Assembly: GCA_003971905.1 (NCBI GenBank)
Contig: RSEE01000024.1
Span: forward strand, 1-64,000
DNA length: 64,000 nt
Reading direction: 5' to 3'
Source of the DNA: Moniliella sp. 'wahieum'
Taxonomy: Eukaryota
Part shown: piece by piece, positions 49,731 through 62,645 of the stretch
Numbering within the stretch: the stretch's first letter is position 1
How the letters are laid out: each line of letters opens with the position of its first letter
Notes under the pieces: generated by a model
Seen by the model: only the letters and a program-made list of their open reading frames with translations
Databases searched by the model: none
Told to the model about the DNA's origin: nothing
Translations under genes and position numbers: made by a program

Positions 49731-52588
49731 GGCGAGAGCAAAGAGAGTGACACGGGTGGGCAAGGGCGCAGAGGTGGAAGGGGAGAGAAGGGTGGCGGGC
49801 GCGGCGGGCGGCGGCGGGGGGGGGGGTTTTATACCAGCGGCAGGACTGGGCGGGTGCGGAGGCGGGCAGGAGGCGGGAAGGGCATGGGGGATCGACAGGG
49901 GGCACGGGGGCGGTGTGATGCAGGCTGTCTGACACGGGCTGGGCGCGGGAGCAGTGGTGGGACGGACACTGGGGCAGTGCGGTGGTCCGAGCAGCCTGTG
50001 CCGCTGGGGAGGGGCGCATGCGTTACAGTTAGGTTTGAGATTGAATCGAGGCGTGTGGTGTGGGCGGCTGTGGCTGGGGTGGTGCGGCGGGGCGCTGCGC
50101 AGGGCAGTGCAGGCGTGGCGGGCGGGTGGTGCACGAGTGCTGCGGGCATGCATGATGGATGCGCGCGGCGTGGGCGGGCGTGGGGCGTGGGGCAAGCTGC
50201 AAGGGCGGCCCAGGCGCAAGCATGCACGGGCTGCATGCCAGCCGATGGCGCCATGCCAGTGCGCATTCTACTCAATTGAATATTGAGTCCTGAGGATGCG
50301 AGCCATGCCCATTGGATATTGGCCCAGGCAGGGCATGGTCCATGGAGACGCGCCTGGATTCCATCCATCCTCGCCTCGCCCCGCCTCGCCGCCGACGCTG
50401 GGTTGGCGTCGGTGCAGGCCATGCGGCGAATCATTAACCATCGGCCGTCCCACTCTGCTGCCGGTGCAGCGGGACGCGTTGCTAGCTACTAGCCAAACAT
50501 GTAACACTTCGTATCCCTCGTGGGCATCATATTTTCAACGCTAACGAGAACCGCAGATGACAGCGGGCACGTCAGGTAAGCCACGAGAGCACGGTGCGCT
50601 CTGGGGGCAGTCTTGCCGTACGTTCCGCCTCCCCCACCGCTAGTGTCCAGGTCCGCGGAAAGCACGCGCGCGCGTGGGGCGAGCAGCAGCAGGCAGGGGC
50701 CGCCGTGGCGCGGCGGTGGCGAGGCCGAGGGGATCGTGGATCGCATTTCAGATGGATCTATCTCCCGTGTCAGCTGCTCCGATCACAGATTTCAGAGGAC
50801 ACACGCCCAAGTAAGCTTGGGCACGCCTGCATTGGTTTGCAGCCCCAGCTCAGGCCTGAGTCTCAGGCAAACGGCTGCCTTTCCCAGTGCTGTCCATCTG
50901 GCACTGCGCATGCAGCATGCAGCATGCCCGCCCGCCAGGCATCGCACAGTGCTTGCGAAGAAGCTGTGCCTGCTGGGCCGCCACCATGCGGGCCGGCAGG
51001 ACAAACACAAAGCGGTACACTGGTCCCCGGCCGCCGCGCCGATCCCCCGATCCACCGAGGTGGCGCAGCGCTAGTGCCTGCGTGGCGTCTGCTCCACCTG
51101 TGGGCCGCCCACAGCGCCACTGTCCGCCCTACTTGCCCCGAGCCGCCCATTTTGAACTGGGCGTCCTGCATGTCATCGATCACCCATCGCCTGCATCACC
51201 CACCTGATCAACTTTGCATTAATTGGATCGGTGATCGAGGATCGTCAGTGGCCCCGCGCAGCACGGCGCCAGCGGCGGCCTGTCGCCCTGCCGCCTACTG
51301 CCCCCCGGCCCGCGCGCGCATCAAGCGGCAGGAACAGCCGGAACGCACAGGAACGCAGGGCGTTGGAGTGCTGAGGCTGAGCAGGGCTGAGTGCGCTGAG
51401 CACACGGGCTGAGCTCAGCCTGAGAGCTCAACCGAGTTGGGACAGGTTATGCGTTACGCGTTACGCGGTACCCGGTACGCGGTACGCCTTCGTACCCAGG
51501 GTTCGATGTAGACGCAGCCCGGTTCTCGATACAGGCCCTCGCTTGTCTCGCTTTTAGCTCAACCGACGCCCCACCGGCCGCCTCCCCTCAGCGCCTCAGC
51601 CCTCCAAAATCCAGCAACACCCGGTGGAAGCTCCGGTGGAAGCTGGAACTCGCCACCGATCCTATTCAAACTGAGTACTGCGTATACCCAGTAGCTCAGA
51701 ACACTCGGATCTGTGCTCACTCACAACTCAGACGGCCCAGTTTGTCAGTCACTCCAGCCATGTACATGGTACGTACCGTAGGATCAACACGGTCGGCACC
51801 GTGCGCCTCCAATTTCCAACGCTGCCAGCCGGTCCCCGGCCATCGTCGGATCGACAGTATCGACGTCATCCACCCCGTGCATCTTATAAAGGTTCCATTC
51901 ACCAGCACCTCCGCCTCCCCTGCATCCACGGGAAGCCCTCCCCAGCCAAACTCCAAGGCAGAAGGGGGCCGCTATGCTGTTCCCATTTTTGTTCGCTTCT
52001 TTTTCCGCGGTCAGAAGCAAACCTCCATAACATGTAACAGACCCAAACCCAGACCCAGACCCCAGTCCCCTTCACCAGAAACACCGCACCCCCAAGGGCC
52101 GTATCCGCCATCTGACCCTTTCCCTTCAGCTCTTGGATTCTAGTTGCCGCGACTGGGCTGCACCTAAACTTGGACGTCCCCTGGTACGCCAGGGTACGCA
52201 CGGTCGGGACAAGGACAGTTTTTACAAGTCGCTTCTCGGCCCTCGCCCGCGTTCATGCGGCAATCAAACGCAGCGAGGAAAGCGAGCGACGATGGTGGGG
52301 CAACGCGTGGCCCACACCGACTGCTGTGTGTGCCACTTACCTGGCAGCAACGGGAGCTATGGCAGACACTTGGAAGCGTGCATGGAGCAGTTCCAATGGC
52401 GGGCAATGCATCATTTTCGAGGGAAGATCATCATAGAGAGAGAGCATGGAAGGGACGCTGGGCGAGCCGAGGGGCGGGCAAGGCCTAACTGGAGCGCCAG
52501 TGCAAGTTCGAGCAACTCGGCTGGATCAGATGAATCGGTTAGATCGTACGGATCGAACGGATAGGATATGATGGGATGGCTCAGATCC

Positions 52589-53131
52589 TCAGTCCGAAGT
52601 GGCGCGGGTGTAGACCAACTGCGCATGGTGGTGCACAATGCGCTTGATCTGGCCCTCCTGCTCGAGGTGCTTGATGGCGCGCCGGGCGAGCGAGCCATTG
52701 ATCTTCAACCTGTCAATCAGCGTCGACTGGGAAATGAACTTGAACGTCGGGACCTCCTTGATGATGCGGTCGTACGTGGCCTTGTCTAGCACCACATTGT
52801 TCTGCGCCTTGTCCTTCACCTTGCCCTTGGACCATTTCTTTTTCTTGGCCGACTTGGTGGCCGAAGCCAGGATGGCAGATTTTTTAGGAGGCACTGCAAG
52901 GATAGAAGGTTAGCGTTCTGAATGAGTAGCAAGGAAGCAACAGGGCCACGGAAAGCGAACTAGGCCCGGCCGGTCACTGCCGCGACCACAGCACGGTTGA
53001 GGCGCAGGGCGGACCAGCGCGGACCGGCGCGGTAGGGGGTCGAGCCACGCCCGCGCGCCTGGCGGGCCGGCTTGCCCATAGCCCATGTCCCAGGGATAAG
53101 GAGCAAGATAAAACAGAGGCTCGGACTCACT
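52589..53131 (-). CDS. RPS25: 40S ribosomal protein S25 (eS25)
   Basis: KKKKWSKGKVKDKAQN..DRLKINGSLAR..HHHAQLVYTRAT. Intron 52894-53130 (GTGAGT..CTAAC..TGCAG) splits the start codon A|TG. Confidence 0.96.
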
Positions 53132-53795
53132 TGTGACCACTGCGGGAGAAGCCTGGTGGGGGAGAAGCAGCAGTGGCAAGGGACGCAGGTGGTAGCGTGA
53201 GCGTGAAGCGGGGGGGGGGAGAAGTAGGGTTGTCCGTACAGCACTCCCGGGGCTGCTGTGGCAGCGGCGCGAATTCGTGCCGCAGCATCCGGAGCCCAGA
53301 AGGGCCAGAACTCAGTAGGGTTGCATATCCCGCCCGGTGTCACACAGGTCACACGTCACTAGACCAATATCCGTGCAGCGGGAGGCGGTTCAATTGAACG
53401 TTGAACGTTGAACGTTGAACTTGAACTGAAGGTTGAGCCGCGGGCCGGCGCCGATGGTACTCCACTGGACAAGCTTTCTCGCCGCGATAGGCGTTGGCAG
53501 GGCATGGGCGCGAGTCCGATCGTCTAACGGCCTGTCCCCTCCACCGACCTCTGGGAGCCTAGCGGAGCGCAGTAGCCTAACCGAGGATCCAGGCGAGATG
53601 GGTGGCTGGAACGGATGTGTGGTGTCACATGTCACCACCCGTTAGTGCGGAGGCTAGGCGACGCGACGCCGCTACCTCGCGTGGTGGTCGCAAAAGGTGT
53701 CCACTTGGCGGGTACACGATCTGGCGTTGAGAGGGTCAACCGAGTTATATAAATGACGGGGATGTGACATGTGAGAGAGGCAGAGAGGCGTTTCC

Positions 53796-54699
53796 CTATA
53801 GCATTTGGATGGCTTGGTGCTGCAGTCCCTCGGGGTATGGTTTCGGCGCGTCGGGCACAGGGGTGGACCGGAGTTTGGGTACTGCAGGAGACGGACACGG
53901 TTAGTTGCGCAAAACAGATCAGGGAGGTGTATTTTGGGTGCAAACTGCCCAGGAGAAAAGAAAGAAAGGCACGTACAAAGGCGGACGATGGTCGGGGCCT
54001 CAGCTGCCATCTGGGCGTCGGTTTTGCTAGCAAACGCAAACAAACAGGTGTGAGAAGGGGTGGCAATCAAGCAGATCGAAATGGGGAAGGAAACAAACAG
54101 AGACGAGGCGCGGATGTGGGGTGCACATACCTGATGGTGTAAGTTTCCAAGTCGTTGCCAAACACGATCACATTCGACAACAAGTTCGCTGCGTCGTTCC
54201 TAGCCCAAAGTTGTTCGTACAAGCTCAGTTCGCAATGCGGCATAAAGAAGAACGTTTTGACGTTGGCGGTCAAGCGTTCGTTCTGAGTATGTGTCAGGGA
54301 TGCAAGGTCATGGAATCTGTGTTTACTAGACAACAAAAAGGGAGGGACGACCTACCTCGTCAAGAGAGTGGTTGGCAATGCCAAATGAATCCAGAACCAA
54401 CCAATCGTCCTCGTCCAAAATAGGATCAAAGCAGATCACAGGCAAATTACCACGTAAAAGAAGAAGAAGAGCCAATTGAAACTGGGCGGGACGACTGGTG
54501 TGCACCGGGCCCAAGCCCAGACACACGATCCGCTCCACCTCCTCCGGCACCGCTACCGCCGCCAAATCGTACCGGTCGCGGAGAAATTGTTGGCGCGCTT
54601 CCACCCCGGCGCGGGCACGAGACACAATCACTTCTTGAATCTGGGCCCCGGAACGAGCGCGGCGCTTGCCTCTTCGGGAGGGGGGGCAAACCCGTCCAT
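53796..54699 (-). CDS. SRR1-domain protein (BER1/SRR1-like)
   Basis: IVCLGLGP...AQFQLALL, CFDPIL, FFMPHCELSLYEQL and VFGNDL. Three canonical introns at 54283-54355, ~54027-54130 and ~53883-53976. Confidence 0.85.
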
Positions 54700-54926
54700 G
54701 ATGGCGTCCAGGCAGCAAGACGGGGCGACCGAGGAGGAAGATGGCAAGACGATCGTAAGAGAGGAGCGAGCAAATGAAGGCGACTTGACCCGGATGATGT
54801 AATTTACCCCGCAGCCAGAGAGTGGCCCTGGAGGCCGGAGGCCGCCAGTACCTGCCGGGGTGCTACATTGTGGGCCACAGGGGTCCGAAAGGATACTCCT
54901 CATGGAAAAAGAAGGCAATGTTCAAT

Positions 54927-55030
54927 GAGTGGGAGTGGGAGGGGAGTGGGAGTGGGAGTGGAGTGGGAGTGGGAGTGGGAGTGGGAGTGGGAGTGGGAGT
55001 GGGAGTGGGAGTGGGAGTGGGAGTGGGAGT
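54927..55030 (+). repeat. (GGGAGT)n hexanucleotide microsatellite
   Basis: About 17 near-perfect units are directly visible. Confidence 0.95.
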
Positions 55031-55429
55031 AACAGGAGAAGGAGATGGGGAAAGGATGAGGATCATATTCATGGGCTCGGGATTGGGGGCAGGAGCGGGC
55101 GTGCAGGCTTCGGCCACCAAGGTGTGCAGCGGGGAAGTAAGGCATCTAGATAGTAGTGGCGGCGCGGCAATGGATTTCATGTCGGGATCAGGGGCGGGGG
55201 TGGGGAAGTGACCACGGGAGGGGAGCCTATCCTTAAGGCACCGTGGTCAGAGGGCGGTGGGGTCAACGAAGTCGTTGCCGTCGGAGATCGTCCATCTCGG
55301 GGCTGGCCGCGTTGGGTTCAACGGCGCGGCGCCGGTTGGACATGGGGTAGTGGAAAAAGGGGAGCGAGGAGAGAGATGTCCAACAAGATGGGGTGGGTGT
55401 GTGGGCGAAAAGCCAGAAAGGCTGATTGG

Positions 55430-55655
55430 GATCAAACCTAACAGGAGATGGAGATGGGGGAAAGGATGAGGATCATCTTCATCGAGTGGAAAAGGGGCGA
55501 GGTATATATGCTCGGAGAAGAAGGAACAGGCGACTGAATCACACGGAGAAAGAAAGGGGAGCATAGACAAAGGCGAAAACGAGGTCTAGAACAAACCAGG
55601 GACCAGTCAACCTGATGATTATTATGAGTAAAGAGGTGGGTTCGATCCCGACAGG
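55430..55655 (-). repeat. Family B repeat, inverted copy
   Basis: The reverse complement TGTCGGGATC..ACCCACCT..ATCAGGTTGACTGG..TTTGTTCTAGACC..ATATACCTCGC..CCACTCGATGA..CCTTTCCCCCATCT matches 35170-35400. Confidence 0.8.
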
Positions 55656-58600
55656 GAGTGGGGGTCTTTAGCTGTAATGGATTGAGAGAGGTATACGAAT
55701 GATGATGTGGTCAATAACTCTTGTGTGACAAGACACAAAGCGATTATAGGGGGAGGAGCCGCATCTCACCAGGGGGTGGGCACAGAACGAAGAGAGGGGG
55801 CTAGGCTACTACCGCCGCGTATAAGCATTTTGGTCGCATGCCACTACACTGTATCGTCCACCGCTGTGGATCCCAGCTTCTGTCTCCACCGAGTTGCCCC
55901 CTACAGTGAAGCATTCATATCAACACCCGGGCGTCCAGAATCCGTCCTTATCCCATGCAACTTCGCGCCCTCTATAATAGTGTTTACCTCTGGTGTCCTA
56001 AACCAGTCTTTCCCAGCGACCAGCTCTTGGTCTTCCACTTTCCTTTTGACCGGGCCACCATGCGTGCTGTCGACAAGTCCCGTGTGTCCAACAATCTCCT
56101 CTCTGTACGGATGCCGCTATAGGCTACTGATATATTCGAGTTGTTCTAGTGACGGGGAGGGGGCTATCTGACTGATTGACTGTGCCCCCTTATACGCGCG
56201 AGCTACCCCGTATGGAAGCACGGTCTGCATGCACGCCGGCCCTGCCAAATCAGGCGCATGCGCGACCCTTTGTGACGCCTGACGCGAACCGCCGCCACGC
56301 CACGAGTATACGTGCAGCAAACCCATACTACACCTCGCGCGTCTGTAGCCGCATTCGGATGAGCCAACAGCAGGTGGATAGCACCCCACAAGAGCCAGCG
56401 TCAGTCGTCCGCGCCCCTCCTCTGAGGAAAGTGCCGCTACGTCCAGAGAAAGCGCTCCTACACATTATCGATAGCGTCCCTGCCCGCTGTCCGCCCATAC
56501 CGCCCATAATCCAGCCCGTCGATTATGAGGAACAAGGCGTCTCCTATGTGTTCCAGCTGTGGATAACCATAGTCCGAATGGGACTGTGCTTTCACCGTGA
56601 CAAAAATAGTTTGAGTGCGAAGCCCTTGTTTTGCCATTGCAAGCTCCTCTTTTTCGTTAGTGAGGTTTCCAGCACCGGCATACTGTGACCGTCAGAGGGA
56701 ATCGGGAGCGTCGGGGGAGGAAGAGAGAGGAAGAGAGAGGAAGAGCTCCAACACGCTTGTGAGCATAGTAGATCCTTGTCATGTAGTTCTCGCCATTCCC
56801 CTCCAAACCGGGGGTATATAGTGCGAGCGAATCCGAAGGAGCGTGGTAGACATGTGTGTAAGCAGTTGAACCCTCTCCAACGAAATGATGGGACTCTTCT
56901 GTAAGAGTATTCCTCAAATGTTCTGCCATCCTAACCGCGTGTCCTCATGACCAGGGGGAAGATGAACGGCTCTTGCGTTTTCGTGCTTGGTATATTTGGC
57001 GTTCTTATCGCACGGTTACGCTTGCTCAAACAGTCCATGCAGCCTCCCCCCCAACATCCCAAGGCGCCACAGGCGTTGCCGTCTGCGCGTGTACGCCTGT
57101 ACCACTTTCCAGCAGACAACTTCAGCTTCCTTTGTCCGCGAGCCCCTCAGGATATGTGGACCAACTGCATCCGCTGTGATACGAACCACGGTCGCATTTA
57201 GTAGTCAATCCATCTCGCCCCCAAGCCAAGTGGAATCCACACTGCGAATCGACATGGACGAGTATATATACAGCTTTGTTGACCACCCACAGTGTTGCCG
57301 AGATCCCATCGGCCTTCAGTGATTTCTGTTGTGGCCGGACACATGTGCACGCAGTACTGTGAATGGGTCCCTGGGTTGTTGTGGACCTTTTGCCTGCGCT
57401 TCCGGCGTTTGGCCCAAGTAGCGATACTTGTCTGTATGACAACTGTTCCCGTCGTGCGTGTATGTGCGCCCAGAAGAGAATGTAGATCAGAGGAGACATG
57501 GTACTGCACCACCTCGGCACGCCAAGCCGCAACGCCAGTTGTTGCTGCTTCTCCCGAGACAGCTGTAGGTTTTGTTTTCCTGCATCATGGCTTCCCCCAT
57601 CTCTCCTCTCTCTGTTCCATAATCATTTATCGTTGCCCCCCGGCCATTTTCTGTCTCTCGAGGAGAAGAGCAGCCCAGTTCTCCCGTTCTAACCATCGTA
57701 ATGCATAATGTCCTCTGGCAGCGGTGCCTTGAGCACCAGGAGACTCAGCACTCGCCCGACTGCTCCGCTCTGGCGGCTCCGCCCCGTGGGGGATGGTGGT
57801 GTCCAATTGGGCGACGTCTGAAGTATACAGAGACACGAATAGGGTGTAGTTGGCTGTGGTACAGTAAGACTGAGTCGATATATGTCGGAGACCCGTGGCG
57901 TGCGGTGGTAGAACAACGAAATTGGCGGTAGGGCCTAGGGGTTATTTGTGGTGCAGCCATTGGTTTCTTCTGTGACATGCATGACATGTGATGTGTGCAT
58001 GCGTTACGCGTTATGCGTTGCGCGCTAATGTCGGAGAAAGTTGGATTAAACACGTTAAAAACGTTAAACGATGAACGTTATATTTATACACAATGGGGTT
58101 GGATATCGGATGGGGGGGATGACATGTGACAGCAAGCATATCCAGTGATCGATTGCGGGCAGGCGATCGGCGTGGATAGAAAAGAGAGGTTCAGAGGAGC
58201 AGACCATGTGGCTGTTCTTGTGCGCGTTACGCGTTGCGAGAGGGAATTATAATTGTGGCGCACTCGATACTTAGTACTCGACGGGCACAAGCGCGTCGCT
58301 CGCGCAGGTTGGGAGCGATCTGAGTAAGGAATGCGAATGGGTGGGGCCTCGGAAGCGCCGAGTCAGCACGCTGGGATCTCGATGGCGCAAGGACAGAATG
58401 GGGAGTGTGGATCGCCATGGGAGCAGGTGCTGAGGATGAAAAGGGGGATGGGATTGGTGGATGAATGTTGGGCCACCGCCCTGGCGGACGCGTTGACGCG
58501 TATAGGAGGGCATTGAATAGTGAGGTTTGAAATTTGATGGCAGGTCACGTTGAACGTTCAAAAGCGGATCGGCGGCTGAAGATTGGATTTGGGTTGCGTA

Positions 58601-58719
58601 TTGTATGCAGGATGGGTGATCTGCTGCATGCGACATGTGACACGAGGAAGTGCAATCGGATGATATTCCTTCGCAGCCTCCGCTTGCTTCTTTGTTGGGG
58701 GGTAGTGCTAGGCTTCCCC

Positions 58720-59335
58720 TACACCCCTCAGTGGATCGGTGACGCTCTCGCTTAGCCGGTCGAAATAGTTCCACTTGCAGGGCGTGCGTCTCCTTCCCTT
58801 CAGACGTTGCTTGAAGACTTGTGGCTCACCACTTTTTTGCCTTCACTACCCCTTGTCTGAAGGCTGCATTGCAGCTGATCCAGAGGATCGCGAGTGCTCC
58901 TAAGTCGCACTCTATAGCAGCTTCGTCTGCTTCGCTCTGTCAACATCTATCCTAGTACGATGGGGCTTAGACAGAAGGGGGTTACCAAAAAGAGGCCAAC
59001 CCCACCAGTCAACATCCTCGATTGGTGGGGATCCTTTATCCCACCTTCCGTTCTCGTCCCTTCCCGCCTTTCCTGTCCAACTCCTGAACGTTTCCAGCCA
59101 ATTGATCCAGTAATACAGGCAACCTCTCGTCTCCACTTAGCTGACTCCTAACCTCGTCTTCTAGCTTTCCATCTGCCCAGTCGTCTGTCCGCTCCACTGC
59201 ATCTGCCCGTCTCTCAACCCCGGAGGCTTCAGACACGTTACTATCCTCCAGCCGGCGTATAGCAGCCTTGCCACGCGTGCAGCCGCCTCGGCTTCACGCC
59301 CAAAGGCTTCTACTCGGCTCGGATCCACCAAATAG
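58720..59335 (+). repeat. Family B repeat, copy with permuted segment order
   Basis: The TGGATCGGTGACGCTC block precedes the TTCTCGTCCCTTCCCG..ACACGTTACTA..GTGCAGCCGCCTC block, which is the opposite order to the 35-36 kb copy. Confidence 0.7.
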
Positions 59336-59619
59336 CCCAAACCCGAAACCGCAGTCGGCAGCCTTGTGGCCATGGCGACGGCAGTGGCGGCACAATTCTC
59401 GGCGTGGATTGAAGGAACACTGTGCGCGAGTGTGGTCGTTGGTGCGGCAATGGGGGCACCGCCAGTGAGCACGGATAGGGGCATTTTAAGGGAGTGGAGG
59501 GACGCGTCGACGCGACTCTGTCATATGCCCGATGGTTGGCGCAGCTCCCCCGGTCACGTGATCGGGGAGCAGTAGGGTTGCTGGCGTTTTTTGGTGGGCC
59601 CTCGCATATGGTAATAGAA

Positions 59620-59870
59620 GACGAGGAGGCCACCGGGCCTACGGCCCGGTCAGCTGGGCTTCGCCCAGCCTCGTACTTGGTCGCCACCTTAGCCACCGTT
59701 CCCCCGGTCCACCATTCCACGCTGGAACCCTTCCACGCTGGAAAGTCGAAATAATATCACCGATGCTTGCTGGCTCGGGTGTCTGGGAACGTGGCACCGG
59801 TCGGTACGTGTCTATGACGTAAAAGATGCACGGCGGATCAATTTTGCGTATGACATAGGGACATAGGGAT
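59620..59870 (+). mobile_element. Twin-hairpin element copy 4
   Basis: ACCGGGCCTACGGCCCGGTCAGCTGGGCTTCGCCCAGC at 59632, followed by the shared module. It ends ATGACATAGGGACATAGGGA. Confidence 0.8.
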
Positions 59871-60821
59871 GTGACATGTGAGGCGCTGCTGCACTGCCAC
59901 AGACCATGCCAACCAACAAGCGGCACGGGGCGAGCGGTGCGCAGAACAGAATGTTGAATGTTTGAGCGCTGGCGCGGCGGCAGCCGAGGTTGAACGTAGA
60001 CTGCCCACCCAGCCGAGGGCGCCCGGGCGCAGGCTCTGGTGCTTGCAATTCGTATCCACTGCCCAGCGCACACCGAGCTTGGCGGTTCAGTCTGAGCCTG
60101 ATCGCTGCGCTGCTGCGTGTGCATGGCTTGCGCCCCGCCATGCGCAGGGGGGCAGCCTCCCCCGCCGGCACGGACGATCGCACCCGGCCGGCGCAGGCAC
60201 AGTGTGCGCCCAGGGGATGCACGGGGTGCGAGGGCTGGCGGGTGACAGGGCCGGTGGGCGGGTGGGCCTGCGGGTGGGGGGCGCCCCACGCAGCAGGCAG
60301 CTGTGCGCTCGGGCGGGCGGGTGCCGGGGGGCTGCGGCGGATGCAAGGCGCGTGATGGCGCGTGACGCGTGCCGGCGGGTGATGGTGTGACGTAGACGGC
60401 GATGCGAAGGGCGGCGAGGGCATGCCAGCCGCGTGCGCTGATCGGCCGCATGGGTGATGGCGGCACACACGGGCGCCGTGCGGGGGGTGGGCGTGGGCAG
60501 TGCTTGGGATCGAATGCCAGCCATCCGCGCTCGCCTGCTGTGCTCTGCCCGCCCACCCGCCGCAGCAGCCGCCAGGCTGGCCAGCACCATCGTCCACGCG
60601 CCCTCTGCCCATCGTCCACGCGCCCCCGGCCGCCCATCTCTGCTCTCCATCCCATCTGCTCCTCCCCCCGCCCATCTCCCCCCTCCTCCTCCCCCCCGCC
60701 AGTGCAGCCGCCCTGCTCCGATCTGCGTGCGGCGTGCCCTGCGCATGCCCTGCTGCCCTGCCGCGCTCTGCCCCTCGCCTCCGCCCCCGCCTCCCCTCCC
60801 CGCCCGGCGTGACGCGTGAGG

Positions 60822-62645
60822 ATGTCTGCCCAGGTGCCCCCCGCCCCGGGCTGCTCCCCGGCCTGGGTGCGCCCTCGGCGCTCCCCCACGCACCGCCCTC
60901 CGCCCCCACCCGCACCCACTCCCACCCGCTCCCCCCCCCCGCCCGCCACCCGCCCACCGGCAAGTCCCTCCTCCACGACCGCGCCTCCACCAAGCACGCC
61001 GCCAAGGCGCCCCTCCGCCCCGCCCCGCTCCAGCCTCGGCTCAACGGCACTCTCCAAGCCCCGCACCCCCCTCCCTCGGTCCCTCCTGTCCTCCTCTCCC
61101 GCCCCCTCGCGCCCCTTCACCGCCCGTGTCCGTTCCTCGGCTCCGGCTCCCGCCGCGCCCGCCGCCTCCACCGTATCGCTCCCTGCTTCGGGCGCGGCGG
61201 ACGACGCGCTGCTCGAGGCGCAGGCACGCGCGTTGCGCGTCCAAGTCGAAGCGGAGCAGGCGCATGCGCCTGCGCCCCAAAAGCACACCCACCTCTCCCG
61301 TCCGCCGCAGCTGTCTGAGCCGCGTGGGACGGTGCCCAGTGCGCAGCTGGAAATTGCGCGTGCGCTGGAACAGGCGTCGTCGGATCCGCTGCGGTTCGGC
61401 GACCGGATGTCGGTCTCGCACGCTCCCTCGCTTGTCCCGCTCCGTGCCGAGCTCGATCCCGAGGCCGAGACCGAGCCCGATGGCGACGCTGACGTTGATG
61501 CCGCCTCGTTTGTCAGCGACGAGGAGGACGGTGAGAGCGTGCCGGACGACCTCGAGTTTCTCCGTACCATTGATCCGGAGCGGGAAGTGTGTTTGCCCGA
61601 GGAGCTGGAACTGGCCGCGACGGAGAAAGCGCTGCATGTGCGGATGCGCTACGAATGGAGCACCATTCGTCCTCGCTTTGCTGCGCAGGAAGAGGAACGC
61701 GGGCGGCTACTTGCCACGGCTCAATTGCCGCCCGAGTGGCTGCCCACGAGGCCGAGCTGGCTGCGGCCGGGGTGGACCCGGACGAAGCACGCGATCCTAC
61801 CATGGTAGCCGATACACACGGAGGAAATTTTAGCCTACCTTGCGCGTGCGAGAAACTGTCGATGGCCAATCCGGTGTACATGAGCACCAAAGAGAGTGTG
61901 GGGATGCGGGCGACGCTGGTGGATTGGTTGTTGCAGGTGCATGCGCGCTACCACCACATGTTTGCCGGAAACGATTTGGATTGCGATCAACGTTTTGGAT
62001 CGGTTTCTGTCGCTGCGCGTGGTGGCGTTGGCCAAGTTGCAGTGCTTGGCGTGACGGCGCTGTTGATTGCGGCCAAGTACGAGGAGATCTTGCCGCCGAG
62101 CGTGGACGAGTTTGTGTTTGTCACCGAGGCGGATGCACCCGCGACGAGATTCTCAAGGGCGAACGTATCATTTTGGAAGCGTTGGGCTTCAACGTTTCTG
62201 GCTACACGTCTCCCTATCCGTTCCTTTCCTGCGTCGATCAGCAAGGCCGACGATTACGATGTGCACTCTCGCACCTTGGCCAAGTTCTTGATGGAGCTCA
62301 CGCTGCTCGACCACCGCTTTCTGCGTGTCCGCCCGCGCACCGTCGCGGCCATGTCGATGTTTTTGGCGCGGCGCATGCTCGGCAGCAGCTGGACGGCGCA
62401 TGCGTGTACTACGCAGGGCAAGTGGAGGAAGCTGGTTCCAGCGGCCAACTTGGTACTGGAACGTTTGTTGGACCCCGGGTTGGACCAACTGTTGTCTTCA
62501 CAAGTACAGTGCTCGTCGGTTCTTGCGTGCCGCCACGTACGCGCGCGATTGGGCCGCGGGCAGAATCACCCGCGACGTGACGGCAGCCGCGGCGGCAGCG
62601 GCAGCAGCGGCTCGAGGCGCGGAGAAACTAGTGCGGAGGAACTAA
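60822..62645 (+). CDS. B-type (G2/M) cyclin, with apparent frameshifts (start uncertain)
   Basis: Cyclin box MRATLVDWLLQVH..ETIWIAINVLDRFLS..LGVTALLIAAKYEEI..ISKADDYDVHSRTLAKFLMELTLLDHRF, after a Pro-rich disordered N-terminus. Confidence 0.92.

Noticed and set aside
52894..53130. Intronic snoRNA in RPS25
   Set aside because: No convincing C/D or H/ACA box arrangement was seen.
59639..61570. 643-aa minus-strand ORF and other long Arg/Gly/Pro-rich ORFs
   Set aside because: These are low-complexity shadow frames in very GC-rich DNA, antisense to the cyclin gene, with no domain motifs.
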